This document shows positions 50,955-64,000 of a DNA stretch of 64,000 nucleotides, one piece after another (the stretch's first letter is position 1; each line of letters starts with the position of its first letter). Location of the stretch: assembly GCA_951406725.2 (NCBI GenBank), contig OX597817.1:152334001-152398000 (forward strand). The letters run 5' to 3'. Source of the DNA: Octopus vulgaris. Lineage: Eukaryota. The position numbers were made by a program, and so were the translations under genes. The notes under the pieces were generated by a model. That model worked only from the letters and a program-made list of their open reading frames with translations. It ran no database searches and was not told the origin of the DNA.

Positions 50955-52287
50955 TTGTTTGTGAGGGAGGGGCTTGTCAATTGTTTTAACCCTGTATGTG
51001 ACAGGTACCTTATTTTATTAATTCTGGAGGGATGAAAGACAAAGTTCCTCTCAGCAGGATTTGAACTCAGAATTTAAATAGCTGCAATAAATACTGCAAA
51101 GCATTTTTTCTGAAGCTCCAATGATTTTGCCAATCCACTTTCCTTATATGTGTGTGTATGTGTGCAATCACCATCATCTAATGTTTTCTTTTCCACACTT
51201 GCATGACTCAGATGGGTCAGATGGAACTTGTTGAGGCAAGCTTCTTGCTGTTTCTGTCTACGAAATCCACTGACAAGGCTTTGATCATGCCCAGGGCTGC
51301 CGTAAAAGACTCTTGCCAAAGGTGCTGCGTAATAGGAATGAACTCATGGCCACATGGTTAGGAGGAAGCAAGCTTCTTAACCACATCATCATGCCTATAT
51401 ATATATATATATAGGGAGAGAGAGAGAGAGATGTTGAACTTTACTAAGGAGATGGGAGATGCTGTGCTGGAAAAGACTCACTGAATCCACACAAGCATGG
51501 AAAAACAGGCATAAAAAGGACAATTATGTGAGTGGAGTGTGTATTCTTGGGTCTCTTTGACAAATGGTCTTGGAAACTGTTTGATGCATTTATTACTTTC
51601 CTTTTGATGGCACAACAGGCGCCCATGAACCACCCGAGTTTTAACAATACTGAAGTGCTCTTTCTTTGTGCATGGGTCTAGAAGTGCTGCAGATATGATG
51701 AAATCAATTTGACTGAGGTGAATCCTATTTGGAAATCAAACCAAAATATCTGTCTGTGGCAAGTTCTCTTTCCCTGTGTTATTATTGATAGAAACATAAT
51801 TTGTAGCCAGTGTCTTGTACAAGAGTCTAAAACTGGTTGTGACTATTATTTGAACTTGCAACTACTAAATTTATCTTCTTGCTTAAATAAATTAAAATCA
51901 GCTGTTATGTTATCAGCTGAAGCTCTACTAAAACTATGAGCTTATTACTGAATTTTAGAAGAAGGAAAGAGTAAAAGAAGCAGAGGAGTGAATGAGGTGT
52001 TGATAATATGAGATTGACTGAGAGATTAAAAGAAAGTGGAAAAGTGTGTAACAAGAGAGAGAAAGAGATAGATAGATAGAGAGAAAGAGAGAGAGAGAAA
52101 ATAAAGTGTTGAGAAAGAGATGATGAGATGATGAACAGAAAGAGAAATAGATATTGACAGTGATAGTTAGGATGAAGGGGAAAAGAATGACAGGATGTTG
52201 CAAAGCTTTCAATGAAGTACAGAAATGATTCAGCACTATCATGGCAATGGCGAAAGAGTTTATAGCTACAAAGAAAGTGGGAGAAGA

Positions 52288-52397
<110 letters not shown>

Positions 52398-52432
52398 TAT
52401 ATCTATTATATATTTAATTAAATGTGTGTGCG

Positions 52433-52463
<31 letters not shown>

Positions 52464-52472
52464 ATATATATA

Positions 52473-52627
52473 TAGGCGCAGGAGTGGCTGTGTGGTAAGT
52501 AGCTTGTTTACCAACCACATGGTTCCGGGTTCAGTCCCACTGCGTGGCACCTTGGGCATGTGTCTTCTACTATAACCTCGGGCCGACCAAAGCCTTGTGA
52601 GTGGATTTGGTAGACGTCGTATATATG

Positions 52628-52664
<37 letters not shown>

Positions 52665-52846
52665 TTGTGTTTGTCCCCCCAACATCGCTTGACAACCGAT
52701 GCTGTAACTTAGCGGTTCGGCAAAAGAGACTGATAGAATAAGTACTAGGCTTACAAAGAATAAGTCCTGGGGTCGATTTGCTCGACTGAAGGAGGTGCTC
52801 CAGCATGGCCGCAGTCAAATGACTGAAACAAGTAAAAGAATAAAAG
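52473..52846 (+). mobile_element. SINE family A, young copy (duplicated at ~57569-57944)
   Basis: GGCGCAGGAGTGGCTGTGTGG head with CpGs intact. Confidence 0.9.
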
Positions 52847-52869
52847 AAAAAGAAAGAATATATATATAT

Positions 52870-53283
52870 ATAGGAATGGCTGGTTGGTAAGACATTTGAT
52901 CTTGAACCACATGATTTTGGGTTCAGTCTCAGTGCATAGTATCTTGGGCCAGTGTCTTCTACTATAGTCCTAGGCTAACCAAAGCTTTGTGAATGGATTT
53001 GGTAGGCAGAAACTGAAAGAAACCGGTCATATGTGTGTTACTATCTTCTTGTTTACAACTGCCATGTGATAGTTGTAAACAAGTGTCACCGTCATGTAAG
53101 CAGTGTCCATTTCCAATCTTCTGTGGGAAAACATGTCTGATCACAAGAAAATATTACTTTACTTGGGAACAGGTGAAAGTTGGCGACAAGAAGGGCGGTC
53201 AGCCATAGGATATCCACTCAACAAATTTCATCTCACCCATGCAAGCATGGAAAAGTGGACATTAATATGATAATGATGATGAT
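52870..53283 (+). mobile_element. SINE with family-A head and RTE-type (GAT)n tail (duplicated at ~57965-58376)
   Basis: Same tRNA head and central domain as family A, different 3' half ending CCCATGCAAGCATGGAAAAG...GATGAT. Related minus copies at ~23900-24243 and ~34340-34780. Confidence 0.75.
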
Positions 53284-53796
53284 ATATATCATTGTTATTA
53301 ATTGAATAGAATGTACAATTCCTCACAGTGAACAACCAGTTTCATTCAAGTTGAGGATTATTTAGGTGTGAGAATCAGAAAAATGGGAAGTTTATTTATA
53401 ATCAGTTGGTTCAGTTTATTGTGTTTGGTGTGCTAATATACTTGCGTGGGTGCAAAATTTGTTTTATTAGTGGGAAAAAGAAGTGTGATTCAAATACTGT
53501 AGTTAGTAGGTTGTTTTGAAATAATTACTTTAAAAATAGTTTAAAAATTGGGGTCAAGCATAAATAGCCACATGCATAAAAACAGTATTGGACAGTAGGA
53601 CAGAAGCAGTTGGTATGAGAATGGAGATAAAAATACATGAATTAATGAGAATAGAAATAAAAATAGAAACAGAATTAACTTTAATAAAAGAGTGTAATTT
53701 AGTGAGAGAATTGACCATTTTAGGTAAAGTTTTTATGGGTGGTGTTACAGAGAGGGTGAGCTGATGCACACACACACACACACGCATGCACACACA

Positions 53797-54890
53797 CTGG
53801 GTTGGGCAAAAAGTTTGTTCACTTTTTTTCCTTTGTGCACACATACTTGTTAGATATCTGACGTCATTCACTTTTTACCTTTCTGATGAGACAGGTTGTA
53901 TTTTGTGTGTTTGAGATCAGCCTGAAAATGGAAAATCAAATTGAACATTATTGATATATCATGTTTTTTTTATAATTTTAAAATGGCTAGAAAGCAGCAG
54001 AAACCTGCAAGAAGATATGTATTGTGTAAGAAGAGGATGCTGTTATGTAACATGTGTGCCAGAAGTGGTTTTGAAAATTTTAATTGGGAAATTTTTCTAT
54101 TCAAGATGCTCCTTGCTATGGCTAGCCAAATGGTGTTAACATTGACAATGTGAAGAAGTTAGTCAAGACTAACTCCTGTTTTACAATTGCAAATATTCTC
54201 CTATTATCCAAATTGGGTGTTGAAAACCATCTGCGTCAACTTGATTATGTCAGCAGGTTCAGTATTTGGGTCCCACATCAATTGAATAAAGAGAACATGG
54301 CCCAACAAATGATGCATGAAGAAAATGGTCCTTTTTTTAATAGAATAGGGACAGGAGGAAAAAAAATTGCCTATAACAGTGTGAGATGCAAACGGTCATG
54401 GGGGAAGCAATGCGAACCACTATAAACAACCTCAAAAAAGGACTTCTCCCTAAGAAAGTTATGCTTTCAATTTGGTGGGACTGGAAGGGTGTTGTCTTTT
54501 ATGAGCTTTTTTTCCATGAAAAGGACCATCTATTCAGATTTGTATTATGACCAACTGGACAAATTAAATGCAACAGTCTACCAGAAGTGTCCAGAACTGA
54601 CTAATCTTAAGAGGATTGTCTTTCAGCACAACAATGCCAGATGTTACACATCTTTGCAAATGTGGCAGACATTATTGGGGCTGAGCTGAGAGGTTTTTGC
54701 CTCATCCTCTGTATTTGCCTGACCGTGTGTCTTCAGATTTCCACCTGTTTTGGTCTTCAAAATTCATTGAATAGAGAGACCTTCACCTCTAAAGAGGATG
54801 TAAAAATTCACCTGGAAGAGTTCTTTGCCAGTAAAGACAGGAAATACTTTGAGCATGGAATAAGGGATCAGCCCAAAAGATAATAGAAGA
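53797..54890 (+). mobile_element. Degenerate Mariner transposon
   Basis: Frameshifted transposase with WVPHQL, KVMLSIWWDWKG, VFQHNNAR and LQNSLNRETF motifs. Confidence 0.85.
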
Positions 54891-56004
54891 TACTATGTAT
54901 GTGTGTGTGTGTGTAGACACTTATACATGCACATGTCAATGTTATGATTTTTTCCTTTTCACATTTGATAGCCATTACTTTTAGCTTAATTTAGAAGCAA
55001 ATCGTGTGTAATTTTGTTTACAGCTGTTAGTTCAGTGTCAATTTTAACATGGAGTGCAAAAACGAACATTTTCGCCGTATTTTGCTTTTTTATTTCCCTA
55101 GAGGCAAGAAAGCTGCTGAGGCTCACAAAGAGATATGTGAAGTTTATGGCGTTGATTGCTTAACAGAATGCATGTGTCAGAAATGATTTTAAAAATTCCA
55201 TTCTGGAGATTTTTCACTCAAAGATGACCAACTTTCTAGTTGACCTACTGAAGTTGATGATGACTGAATCAAAGCCATAATTGAACCTGATTATCATATA
55301 ACTGTGCGAAAAATTATAGAGAAGTTGAATGTATCACACACAACAACTGAAAATCAAAATGTTTTGGACTCATTAAGAATGTTTGCATAAAAAAAAAAAG
55401 AACTGTGTTCTATAATTGTGCCAAATTTAATGAGGTTGTCTTTACAAGATTGATAATTCCCTCTGCCCTTTGTTGGTTAGCTCTGTTTCAAAACTTTGTT
55501 TTCTTTTTAATAACTTAACCACAGAAGGAGTGATAGTGTCCATGAATCTCTTAAGGCAGGTTTTCTGTAAGGTAGACTGCATATTTGTTGAACACTAAGG
55601 ATAGGCATAAGAGAGAGAGAGAGAGAGAGAACAAAGAGACCAGCTTATCTGAATAGAAATTGTATAGAGATAGAAAAAGTTCATTTATCAATGAAGAATG
55701 AGTGAGCTAGAAAGAAAGAGATCCTATCTAGGTTAAGTTAAGTTTAAATTGAGGTTGCTAGGTTACAATCAAAGCAGAATTTAATAAACTAAGGAGTGAT
55801 CACTGGAGGTGACAACTGGTATATGCAAGCCTTTTAGGGAGTTAAGTATTTGATAGAAATCTCTTTACTTCTTACTATACACAGAAATAGATCTGGTTTG
55901 AATCTTTATGAAGTAGTACTAATATATAGTTGGGTGTGGGTAAACATGAGATAGTATTGGTTTATAAGTTGCATTCAAAGTATATGTAGATTTATTTTTA
56001 TGTT

Positions 56005-56041
<37 letters not shown>

Positions 56042-57446
56042 TGAGGGAGGGGCTTGTCAATTGTTTTAACCCTGTATGTGACAGGTACCTTATTTTATTA
56101 ATTCTGGAGGGATGAAAGACAAAGTTCCTCTCAGCAGGATTTGAACTCAGAATTTAAATAGCTGCAATAAATACTGCAAAGCATTTTTTCTGAAGCTCCA
56201 ATGATTTTGCCAATCCACTTTCCTTATATGTGTGTGTATGTGTGCAATCACCATCATCTAATGTTTTCTTTTCCACACTTGCATGACTCAGATGGGTCAG
56301 ATGGAACTTGTTGAGGCAAGCTTCTTGCTGTTTCTGTCTACGAAATCCACTGACAAGGCTTTGATCATGCCCAGGGCTGCCGTAAAAGACTCTTGCCAAA
56401 GGTGCTGCGTAATAGGAATGAACTCATGGCCACATGGTTAGGAGGAAGCAAGCTTCTTAACCACATCATCATGCCTATATATATATATATATAGGGAGAG
56501 AGAGAGAGAGATGTTGAACTTTACTAAGGAGATGGGAGATGCTGTGCTGGAAAAGACTCACTGAATCCACACAAGCATGGAAAAACAGGCATAAAAAGGA
56601 CAATTATGTGAGTGGAGTGTGTATTCTTGGGTCTCTTTGACAAATGGTCTTGGAAACTGTTTGATGCATTTATTACTTTCCTTTTGATGGCACAACAGGC
56701 GCCCATGAACCACCCGAGTTTTAACAATACTGAAGTGCTCTTTCTTTGTGCATGGGTCTAGAAGTGCTGCAGATATGATGAAATCAATTTGACTGAGGTG
56801 AATCCTATTTGGAAATCAAACCAAAATATCTGTCTGTGGCAAGTTCTCTTTCCCTGTGTTATTATTGATAGAAACATAATTTGTAGCCAGTGTCTTGTAC
56901 AAGAGTCTAAAACTGGTTGTGACTATTATTTGAACTTGCAACTACTAAATTTATCTTCTTGCTTAAATAAATTAAAATCAGCTGTTATGTTATCAGCTGA
57001 AGCTCTACTAAAACTATGAGCTTATTACTGAATTTTAGAAGAAGGAAAGAGTAAAAGAAGCAGAGGAGTGAATGAGGTGTTGATAATATGAGATTGACTG
57101 AGAGATTAAAAGAAAGTGGAAAAGTGTGTAACAAGAGAGAGAAAGAGATAGATAGATAGAGAGAAAGAGAGAGAGAGAAAATAAAGTGTTGAGAAAGAGA
57201 TGATGAGATGATGAACAGAAAGAGAAATAGATATTGACAGTGATAGTTAGGATGAAGGGGAAAAGAATGACAGGATGTTGCAAAGCTTTCAATGAAGTAC
57301 AGAAATGATTCAGCACTATCATGGCAATGGCGAAAGAGTTTATAGCTACAAAGAAAGTGGGAGAAGAGACACACACACACACACACACACACACACCACA
57401 CACACACACACACACAACAACACACACACAGACACACACACACACA

Positions 57447-57492
<46 letters not shown>

Positions 57493-57527
57493 TATATCTA
57501 TTATATATTTAATTAAATGTGTGTGCG

Positions 57528-57558
<31 letters not shown>

Positions 57559-57722
57559 ATATATATATAGGCGCAGGAGTGGCTGTGTGGTAAGTAGCTT
57601 GTTTACCAACCACATGGTTCCGGGTTCAGTCCCACTGCGTGGCACCTTGGGCATGTGTCTTCTACTATAACCTCGGGCCGACCAAAGCCTTGTGAGTGGA
57701 TTTGGTAGACGTCGTATATATG

Positions 57723-57759
<37 letters not shown>

Positions 57760-58892
57760 TTGTGTTTGTCCCCCCAACATCGCTTGACAACCGATGCTGT
57801 AACTTAGCGGTTCGGCAAAAGAGACTGATAGAATAAGTACTAGGCTTACAAAGAATAAGTCCTGGGGTCGATTTGCTCGACTGAAGGAGGTGCTCCAGCA
57901 TGGCCGCAGTCAAATGACTGAAACAAGTAAAAGAATAAAAGAAAAAGAAAGAATATATATATATAGGAATGGCTGGTTGGTAAGACATTTGATCTTGAAC
58001 CACATGATTTTGGGTTCAGTCTCAGTGCATAGTATCTTGGGCCAGTGTCTTCTACTATAGTCCTAGGCTAACCAAAGCTTTGTGAATGGATTTGGTAGGC
58101 AGAAACTGAAAGAAACCAGTCATATGTGTGTTACTATCTTCTTGTTTACAACTGCCATGTGATAGTTGTAAACAAGTGTCACCGTCATGTAAGCAGTGTC
58201 CATTTCCAATCTTCTGTGGGAAAACATGTCTGATCACAAGAAAATATTACTTTACTTGGGAACAGGTGAAAGTTGGCGACAAGAAGGGCGGTCAGCCATA
58301 GGATATCCACTCAACAAATTTCATCTCACCCATGCAAGCATGGAAAAGTGGACATTAATATGATAATGATGATGATATATATCATTGTTATTAATTGAAT
58401 AGAATGTACAATTCCTCACAGTGAACAACCAGTTTCATTCAAGTTGAGGATTATTTAGGTGTGAGAATCAGAAAAATGGGAAGTTTATTTATAATCAGTT
58501 GGTTCAGTTTATTGTGTTTGGTGTGCTAATATACTTGCGTGGGTGCAAAATTTGTTTTATTAGTGGGAAAAAGAAGTGTGATTCAAATACTGTAGTTAGT
58601 AGGTTGTTTTGAAATAATTACTTTAAAAATAGTTTAAAAATTGGGGTCAAGCATAAATAGCCACATGCATAAAAACAGTATTGGACAGTAGGACAGAAGC
58701 AGTTGGTATGAGAATGGAGATAAAAATACATGAATTAATGAGAATAGAAATAAAAATAGAAACAGAATTAACTTTAATAAAAGAGTGTAATTTAGCGAGA
58801 GAATTGACCATTTTAGGTAAAGTTTTTATGGGTGGTGTTACAGAGAGGGTGAACTGATGCACACACACACACACACACGCATGCACACACAC

Positions 58893-59985
58893 TAGGTTGG
58901 GCAAAAAGTTTGTTCACTTTTTTTCCTTTGTGCACACATACTTGTTAGATATCTGACGTCATTCACTTTTTACCTTTCTGATGAGACAGGTTGTATTTTG
59001 TGTGTTTGAGATCAGCCTGAAAATGGAAAATCAAATTGAACATTATTGATATATCATGTTTTTTTTATAATTTTAAAAATGGCTAGAAAGCAGCAGAAAC
59101 CTGCAAGAAGATATGTATTGTGTAAGAAGAGGATGCTGTTATGTAACATGTGTGCCAGAAGTGGTTTTGAAAATTTTAATTGGGAAATTTTTCTATTCAA
59201 GATGCTCCTTGCTATGGCTAGCCAAATGGTGTTAACATTGACAATGTGAAGAAGTTAGTCAAGACTAACTCCTGTTTTACAATTGCAAATATTCTCCTAT
59301 TATCCAAATTGGGTGTTGAAAACCATCTGCGTCAACTTGATTATGTCAGCAGGTTCAGTATTTGGGTCCCACATCAATTGAATAAAGAGAACATGGCCCA
59401 ACAAATGATGCATGAAGAAAATGGTCCTTTTTTTAATAGAATAGGGACAGGAGGAAAAAAAATTGCCTATAACAGTGTGAGATGCAAACGGTCATGGGGG
59501 AAGCAATGCGAACCACTATAAACAACCTCAAAAAAGGACTTCTCCCTAAGAAAGTTATGCTTTCAATTTGGTGGGACTGGAAGGGTGTTGTCTTTTATGA
59601 GCTTTTTTTCCATGAAAAGGACCATCTATTCAGATTTGTATTATGACCAACTGGACAAATTAAATGCAACAGTCTACCAGAAGTGTCCAGAACTGACTAA
59701 TCTTAAGAGGATTGTCTTTCAGCACAACAATGCCAGATGTTACACATCTTTGCAAATGTGGCAGACATTATTGGGGCTGAGCTGAGAGGTTTTTGCCTCA
59801 TCCTCTGTATTTGCCTGACCGTGTGTCTTCAGATTTCCACCTGTTTTGGTCTTCAAAATTCATTGAATAGGGAGACCTTCACCTCTAAAGAGGATGTAAA
59901 AATTCACCTGGAAGAGTTCTTTGCCAGTAAAGACAGGAAATACTTTGAGCATGGAATAAGGGATCAGCCCAAAAGATAATAGAAG
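58893..59985 (+). mobile_element. Degenerate Mariner transposon (duplicate copy)
   Basis: Same as 53797-54890, within tandem duplication copy 2. Confidence 0.85.
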
Positions 59986-60047
59986 ATACTATGTATGTGT
60001 GTGTGTGTGTAGACACTTATACATGCACATGTGCACATGCATGCGTG

Positions 60048-60078
<31 letters not shown>

Positions 60079-60109
60079 TATTTATAATCTCTATATACTA
60101 TATATGTAG

Positions 60110-60640
60110 TTGTTGACAGTTACTCTGAGGTCGTCCCTAGTGATGTTGGATGTCACAAACTTTTCATCCCATGGAAGAGTGTCTTGTAGCTTAAGTGCAA
60201 CCTCCTTACTATAGTAGATTAATTCAAATTTATTCTTGCTTAGCTGCATATTGTGTTTTTCTGCCCATTGGATATCAGTGAGCAGATCTGATTGGAGATT
60301 AGTCCAGTCCCTGCCCTATCGATGACCTTCAGAAGCTTAATCATCCACAAAAATTGTAATGCTGCTGTGTTTCATAATATCAATGATGTCATTGATGTGT
60401 GTAAATAATGAAAAGGAATGGGCCCAATATAGTGCCTTGTGGGACTCCACTGATGACTCTTGCAGAGCTTGGTTGAACACCATCTATCACCACATGCTGG
60501 CTTCTGTTCAACAGAAAACACTTAGTCCACTTTAATAGTTTCCTTTGGACTCCAATGTTCAATAGTTTCTTTAATAAGATGCTGTGGTCAACTTTGTTGT
60601 ATGATTTGCAGAAGTCCAGATAGATGACATCTACAATGGA
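60110..60640 (-). mobile_element. Degenerate CR1-group RT fragment
   Basis: Minus strand VDVIYLDFCK...SGVPQGTILGPFLFII. Confidence 0.75.
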
Positions 60641-60659
60641 AATTGTAACAATAATAAAG

Positions 60660-62160
60660 AATGTAAATGTTACATATCATTTAAATGCTGAAGAGGTTTC
60701 TGAATCACCTGGTTGCTTCTAAAAAACAAGGGTCTTGACAATGTCTCTTCCAAAACACTTAAACATTGCCCCTTAGAACTTGCTCCTATACTCTCCAAAC
60801 TCTTAAATCTCTCACTTTCTACTGGCATTTGGATATATACTGTATGCTCCATTCCAAAGAAAAGCAGCCCCTTTGGCCCTGATAACTATTGTCCCATTGT
60901 TTTCACTTCTAATACCTCAAAAGTAATGGAGACAGTTATTAACAATGATGTTCTCCTTCACTTTGAACCTCTCTTCTCAGTGATTATTGGTATGGCTTCT
61001 TCTGAGCCAAATCCACTGGAGACCTAATCTCTTATGTCATTCACCAGCGGGCATTTGCTTTAGAGAAGTTTGGTAAAAGCAGTGTTGCTCTAGACCTCAA
61101 CAAAGCTTTTGAGTGTGTCTGGCATATAAATCTCCTGTTATAACTTCCTGCTTACAGACTATACTGATCTCACATCTCTTGTATCAGTAGCTTCCTATCA
61201 GATCACACTATTGTGGCAATAATCCTACTCTTATGCAGATGACATAATCCCTCATTCTTTCTTATTTTGTCTTGATCTGGCATCATCTACATTCAACCTA
61301 CGCACTACATGCCAAACCTGTTTTGATTCCATAAACAAAGACCTTGAGAGCCATGACAATCTTGCCTCTTTTAGCAACAAAAACCCTAACCATAATCACT
61401 CAGCTAGAGTCCCCACATTTGCTTCAAATGTTGGGCTTAATTATTACTGAGGTCGCAAGCTGACAGAATCATTAATGCATTAAACAAAATGCTTAGTGGA
61501 ATTTCTTTTGGCTCTTTATGCTTTGTGTTTGAAACATGTTGATGTCAACTTTACCTTTGATCCTTTTGGGGCTGATAAAATAAGTACTAGTTGAATATTA
61601 GGGTCAATGTTATTGACTACCCCACTTCCCATTAAAATTGCTGGTCTTGTGCCAAAAGAATTATTACTGAGGATCTCTAATGGCAAAATCATGTCCTTAG
61701 CTAGGACTACATCCAAAGACTACCCCTTCTCTTCAGGGCTCGAAGATATTTCAGCCCCTAATTACTGCTGACACTGTGTACTGTACTCACATCTAAGATG
61801 GTGCAGCTATTGCTACACTCACAAATGTCCTGGACTTCCACAAAAAATGTGCCATGTGACTAATAGGCATTCATTCAGTAACAGGCACTTCAGCCTTTGA
61901 TTCACAAATATCTGCTCTTTGTTGTTTCCACTGCTACTCTATTGGCTTCTTCTCTTTGGGCATATCTTCACCTCTCTGACACACCCAACCCTCTTGTTCT
62001 ATACCTTTCATCACCCTTGTTGCATCCAGCTTCTGGCCCATGTTAATAATTTTGTCCAGTTCTCTCTCTCCAGTACATCAGCCCTTTGAAATCTTCTCCC
62101 TGCTCATGTTTTTTCTACAGGTGTTGACCTGCAACAGTTTAAACAGAACATTAGGAGCAT
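60660..62160 (+). mobile_element. Degenerate Jockey/CR1-group LINE fragment (SINE inserted)
   Basis: LKHCPLELAPILSKL, DNYCPI, ALDLNKAFECVWH, YADD. Confidence 0.7.
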
Positions 62161-62321
62161 TGCTGGTCCCAAAAGGACTGCAAGAGACAAGGACACAGCT
62201 CCTTCCCTGGAAATGAAGGGCACTGCTTAAATGATAGTAACATCTATTTTATAATTGTCACACATACGTATGAATGACACCTTTGTTCTCCAACTACTTT
62301 AACCTATTATTTTCTTTTCAG

Positions 62322-62470
62322 AATACATGGTTGACTTTGTGATGGGAGAATGTAAACTTGAAGAGTACCTAGAGAAATTCCCCCCATGTGAGAAGAATAT
62401 CAGCAAAGCTATAAGTGAACTTTCTGAAGCTGAGACCCTTTTTAACCGAGTGATTCAAGGGGACAATAGA
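62322..62470 (+). CDS. TTC7: TTC7-family coding exon 2
   Basis: Polypyrimidine tract plus TTTTCAG acceptor ending 62321. The phase-1 join with exon 1 (G|AA) reads EYMVDFVMGECKLEEYLEKFPPCEKNISKAISELSEAETLFNRVIQGDNR, matching the TTC7 GExKLExYL motif. GTAAGT donor at 62471 (phase 0). The gene continues beyond the window. Confidence 0.88.
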
Positions 62471-63361
62471 GTAAGTGTGATGATTGAAACCATTTATTTT
62501 CTCCTTGTATGTTTTTAGTTAGCTCTTTTTAGCTAATATTAATTTCTAAGATTATTTTAACAGTTGACATTCATCATCATCGTCATCATCATCATCATCA
62601 GCAGCAGCAGCTAGATCATCATTTAATGTTAATTTTCCATGCTGGCATGAAGTGGATGGTTTGAAAGGACTTGATGAACCAGAGGACTGCACTGAACTCC
62701 AGTGTCTGCTTTAGCATGGTTTCTACAGCTGAATGCCATTTCTTATGCTAACCACTTTACAAAGTGAACAGAGTGCCTTTTCCATGGCACTGACTCTTGG
62801 TGAGGTCACCAGGTAACTTGCAAGGCAAATCCACCTCAACTGATTAATTCTGATTGGACTTGGTTTGCTTTTTGAGGACCAAAATATACCACTGACCGTT
62901 CTTCTGAAGCACAGAAATAAGATTCCAGAGCTGTATTGTGTTGGAGGAGCTTATGTAAGATATACATTTCCCAAGTTAAGGAGTATCTAGCCAGATGCAA
63001 AGTTAGATTAGTGAAGCTGCTAACCTGGCAATAAGAGAGGGACCATTGGTGAAAGTGGATTAGCCAGGGCTATCGTCGTCGTCGTCGTCGTCGTCGTCGT
63101 TTAATGTCCACTTTCCATGCTGGCATGGGTTGGACTGTTTGACATGGAGCTGGCTAACAGGGAGCTGTCCAGGCTCCAGCTGTCTGTTGAGACATGGTTT
63201 ATATGGCTGGATGCCCTTCCTAATGCCAACCACTTAACAGAGTGTGCCAGGTGCTTTTTACATGCCTCCTTATGGAATAGAAAGAAGGTGTCAAAGAAAA
63301 AGATCACCACTAAATATGGGCATATCCTAGGGACATGATGCTGACAGAATTGTATCCTTAA

Positions 63362-63579
63362 TTCTTCAGCATTCAGATTAGTCTGTCAAATGTAATGCTA
63401 ATTTATTCATGTTGTTCTGAATTATTATACTATTTCTATCCTATAAAATTTCAATGATGTGATTGTTTAGTTTTAGTATGACATTGTAGAGTAAGGTCAG
63501 GGAGGTCAGATCTGGTTGCTTTGAGCATCAAACAAGTAGAATGTTTTGGCTGGATGTGACCAGTTTAAATGCTAAAGGG
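63362..63579 (-). mobile_element. piggyBac-type MITE, family 2 (degenerate)
   Basis: TTAA flanks, GCTAAAGGG end, similar to the reverse complement of 32419-32636. Confidence 0.6.
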
Positions 63580-64000
63580 TTAAATCAAGGTTTGTTTTAC
63601 TTTGACCCTTGTAATCATATTCTGCAATGGTTATTGAATAATGGTGAAATACTGTCTAGTTGTCAAAGAATTAACTTAAATTCTCTGTACTATTTGGTTT
63701 GGAGGAACACAATCTTAAATTTACATTCCTTGAGGTTGATTTAAATTTCCTTCCAACTAATTGTTGATAAATTTAGGTTCTATACCTGGTAGCATGTACC
63801 ATGATTTCACAAATTGTTTTAGGTGCCTATGTAGTCATGAGTATAGATAGATTGCCTCTTAGCTTCGCCCCATATATAACAGTGAAAAACAGAAAAAGAA
63901 CTACAGTGAATATATAATGAAATCATCTTTGTGACTGAATCCATTTCTTGCCCATATATACAGGTAATCAAAATGATTAGATTATGTTGCGAATGAACTG

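Noticed and set aside
62471-62518. C-terminal part of ORF 62327-62518 (VSVMIETIYFLLVCF)
   Set aside because: Intronic read-through past the GTAAGT donor.

Overview
AT-rich, microsatellite-dense eukaryotic DNA. The SINE, RTE-tail and MITE repertoire looks like an octopus (coleoid cephalopod) genome; this is inferred from repeat recognition, not a database search. The only well-supported host gene is the 5' part of a TTC7-family gene (+ strand): coding exon 1 at 28620-28740 and exon 2 at 62322-62470, joined in frame across a 33.6-kb intron. A possible divergent first exon/promoter lies on the - strand near 8.2 kb. The rest is mobile-element material: several tRNA-headed SINE families, RTE and CR1-group LINEs (one CR1-group copy has a single frameshift), Mariner remnants, piggyBac/hAT/Merlin-type MITEs, fold-back elements beside (TA)n tracts, a 5.1-kb tandem duplication and a 232-bp local templated duplication. 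The most notable non-obvious signal is a type I minimal hammerhead ribozyme motif with a U3:A8 core variant (3711-3763, - strand) inside a Penelope-like inverted terminal-repeat element. Most ORFs in the supplied track are microsatellite or repeat artefacts. Repeat boundaries were read by eye and are approximate unless TSDs are given.
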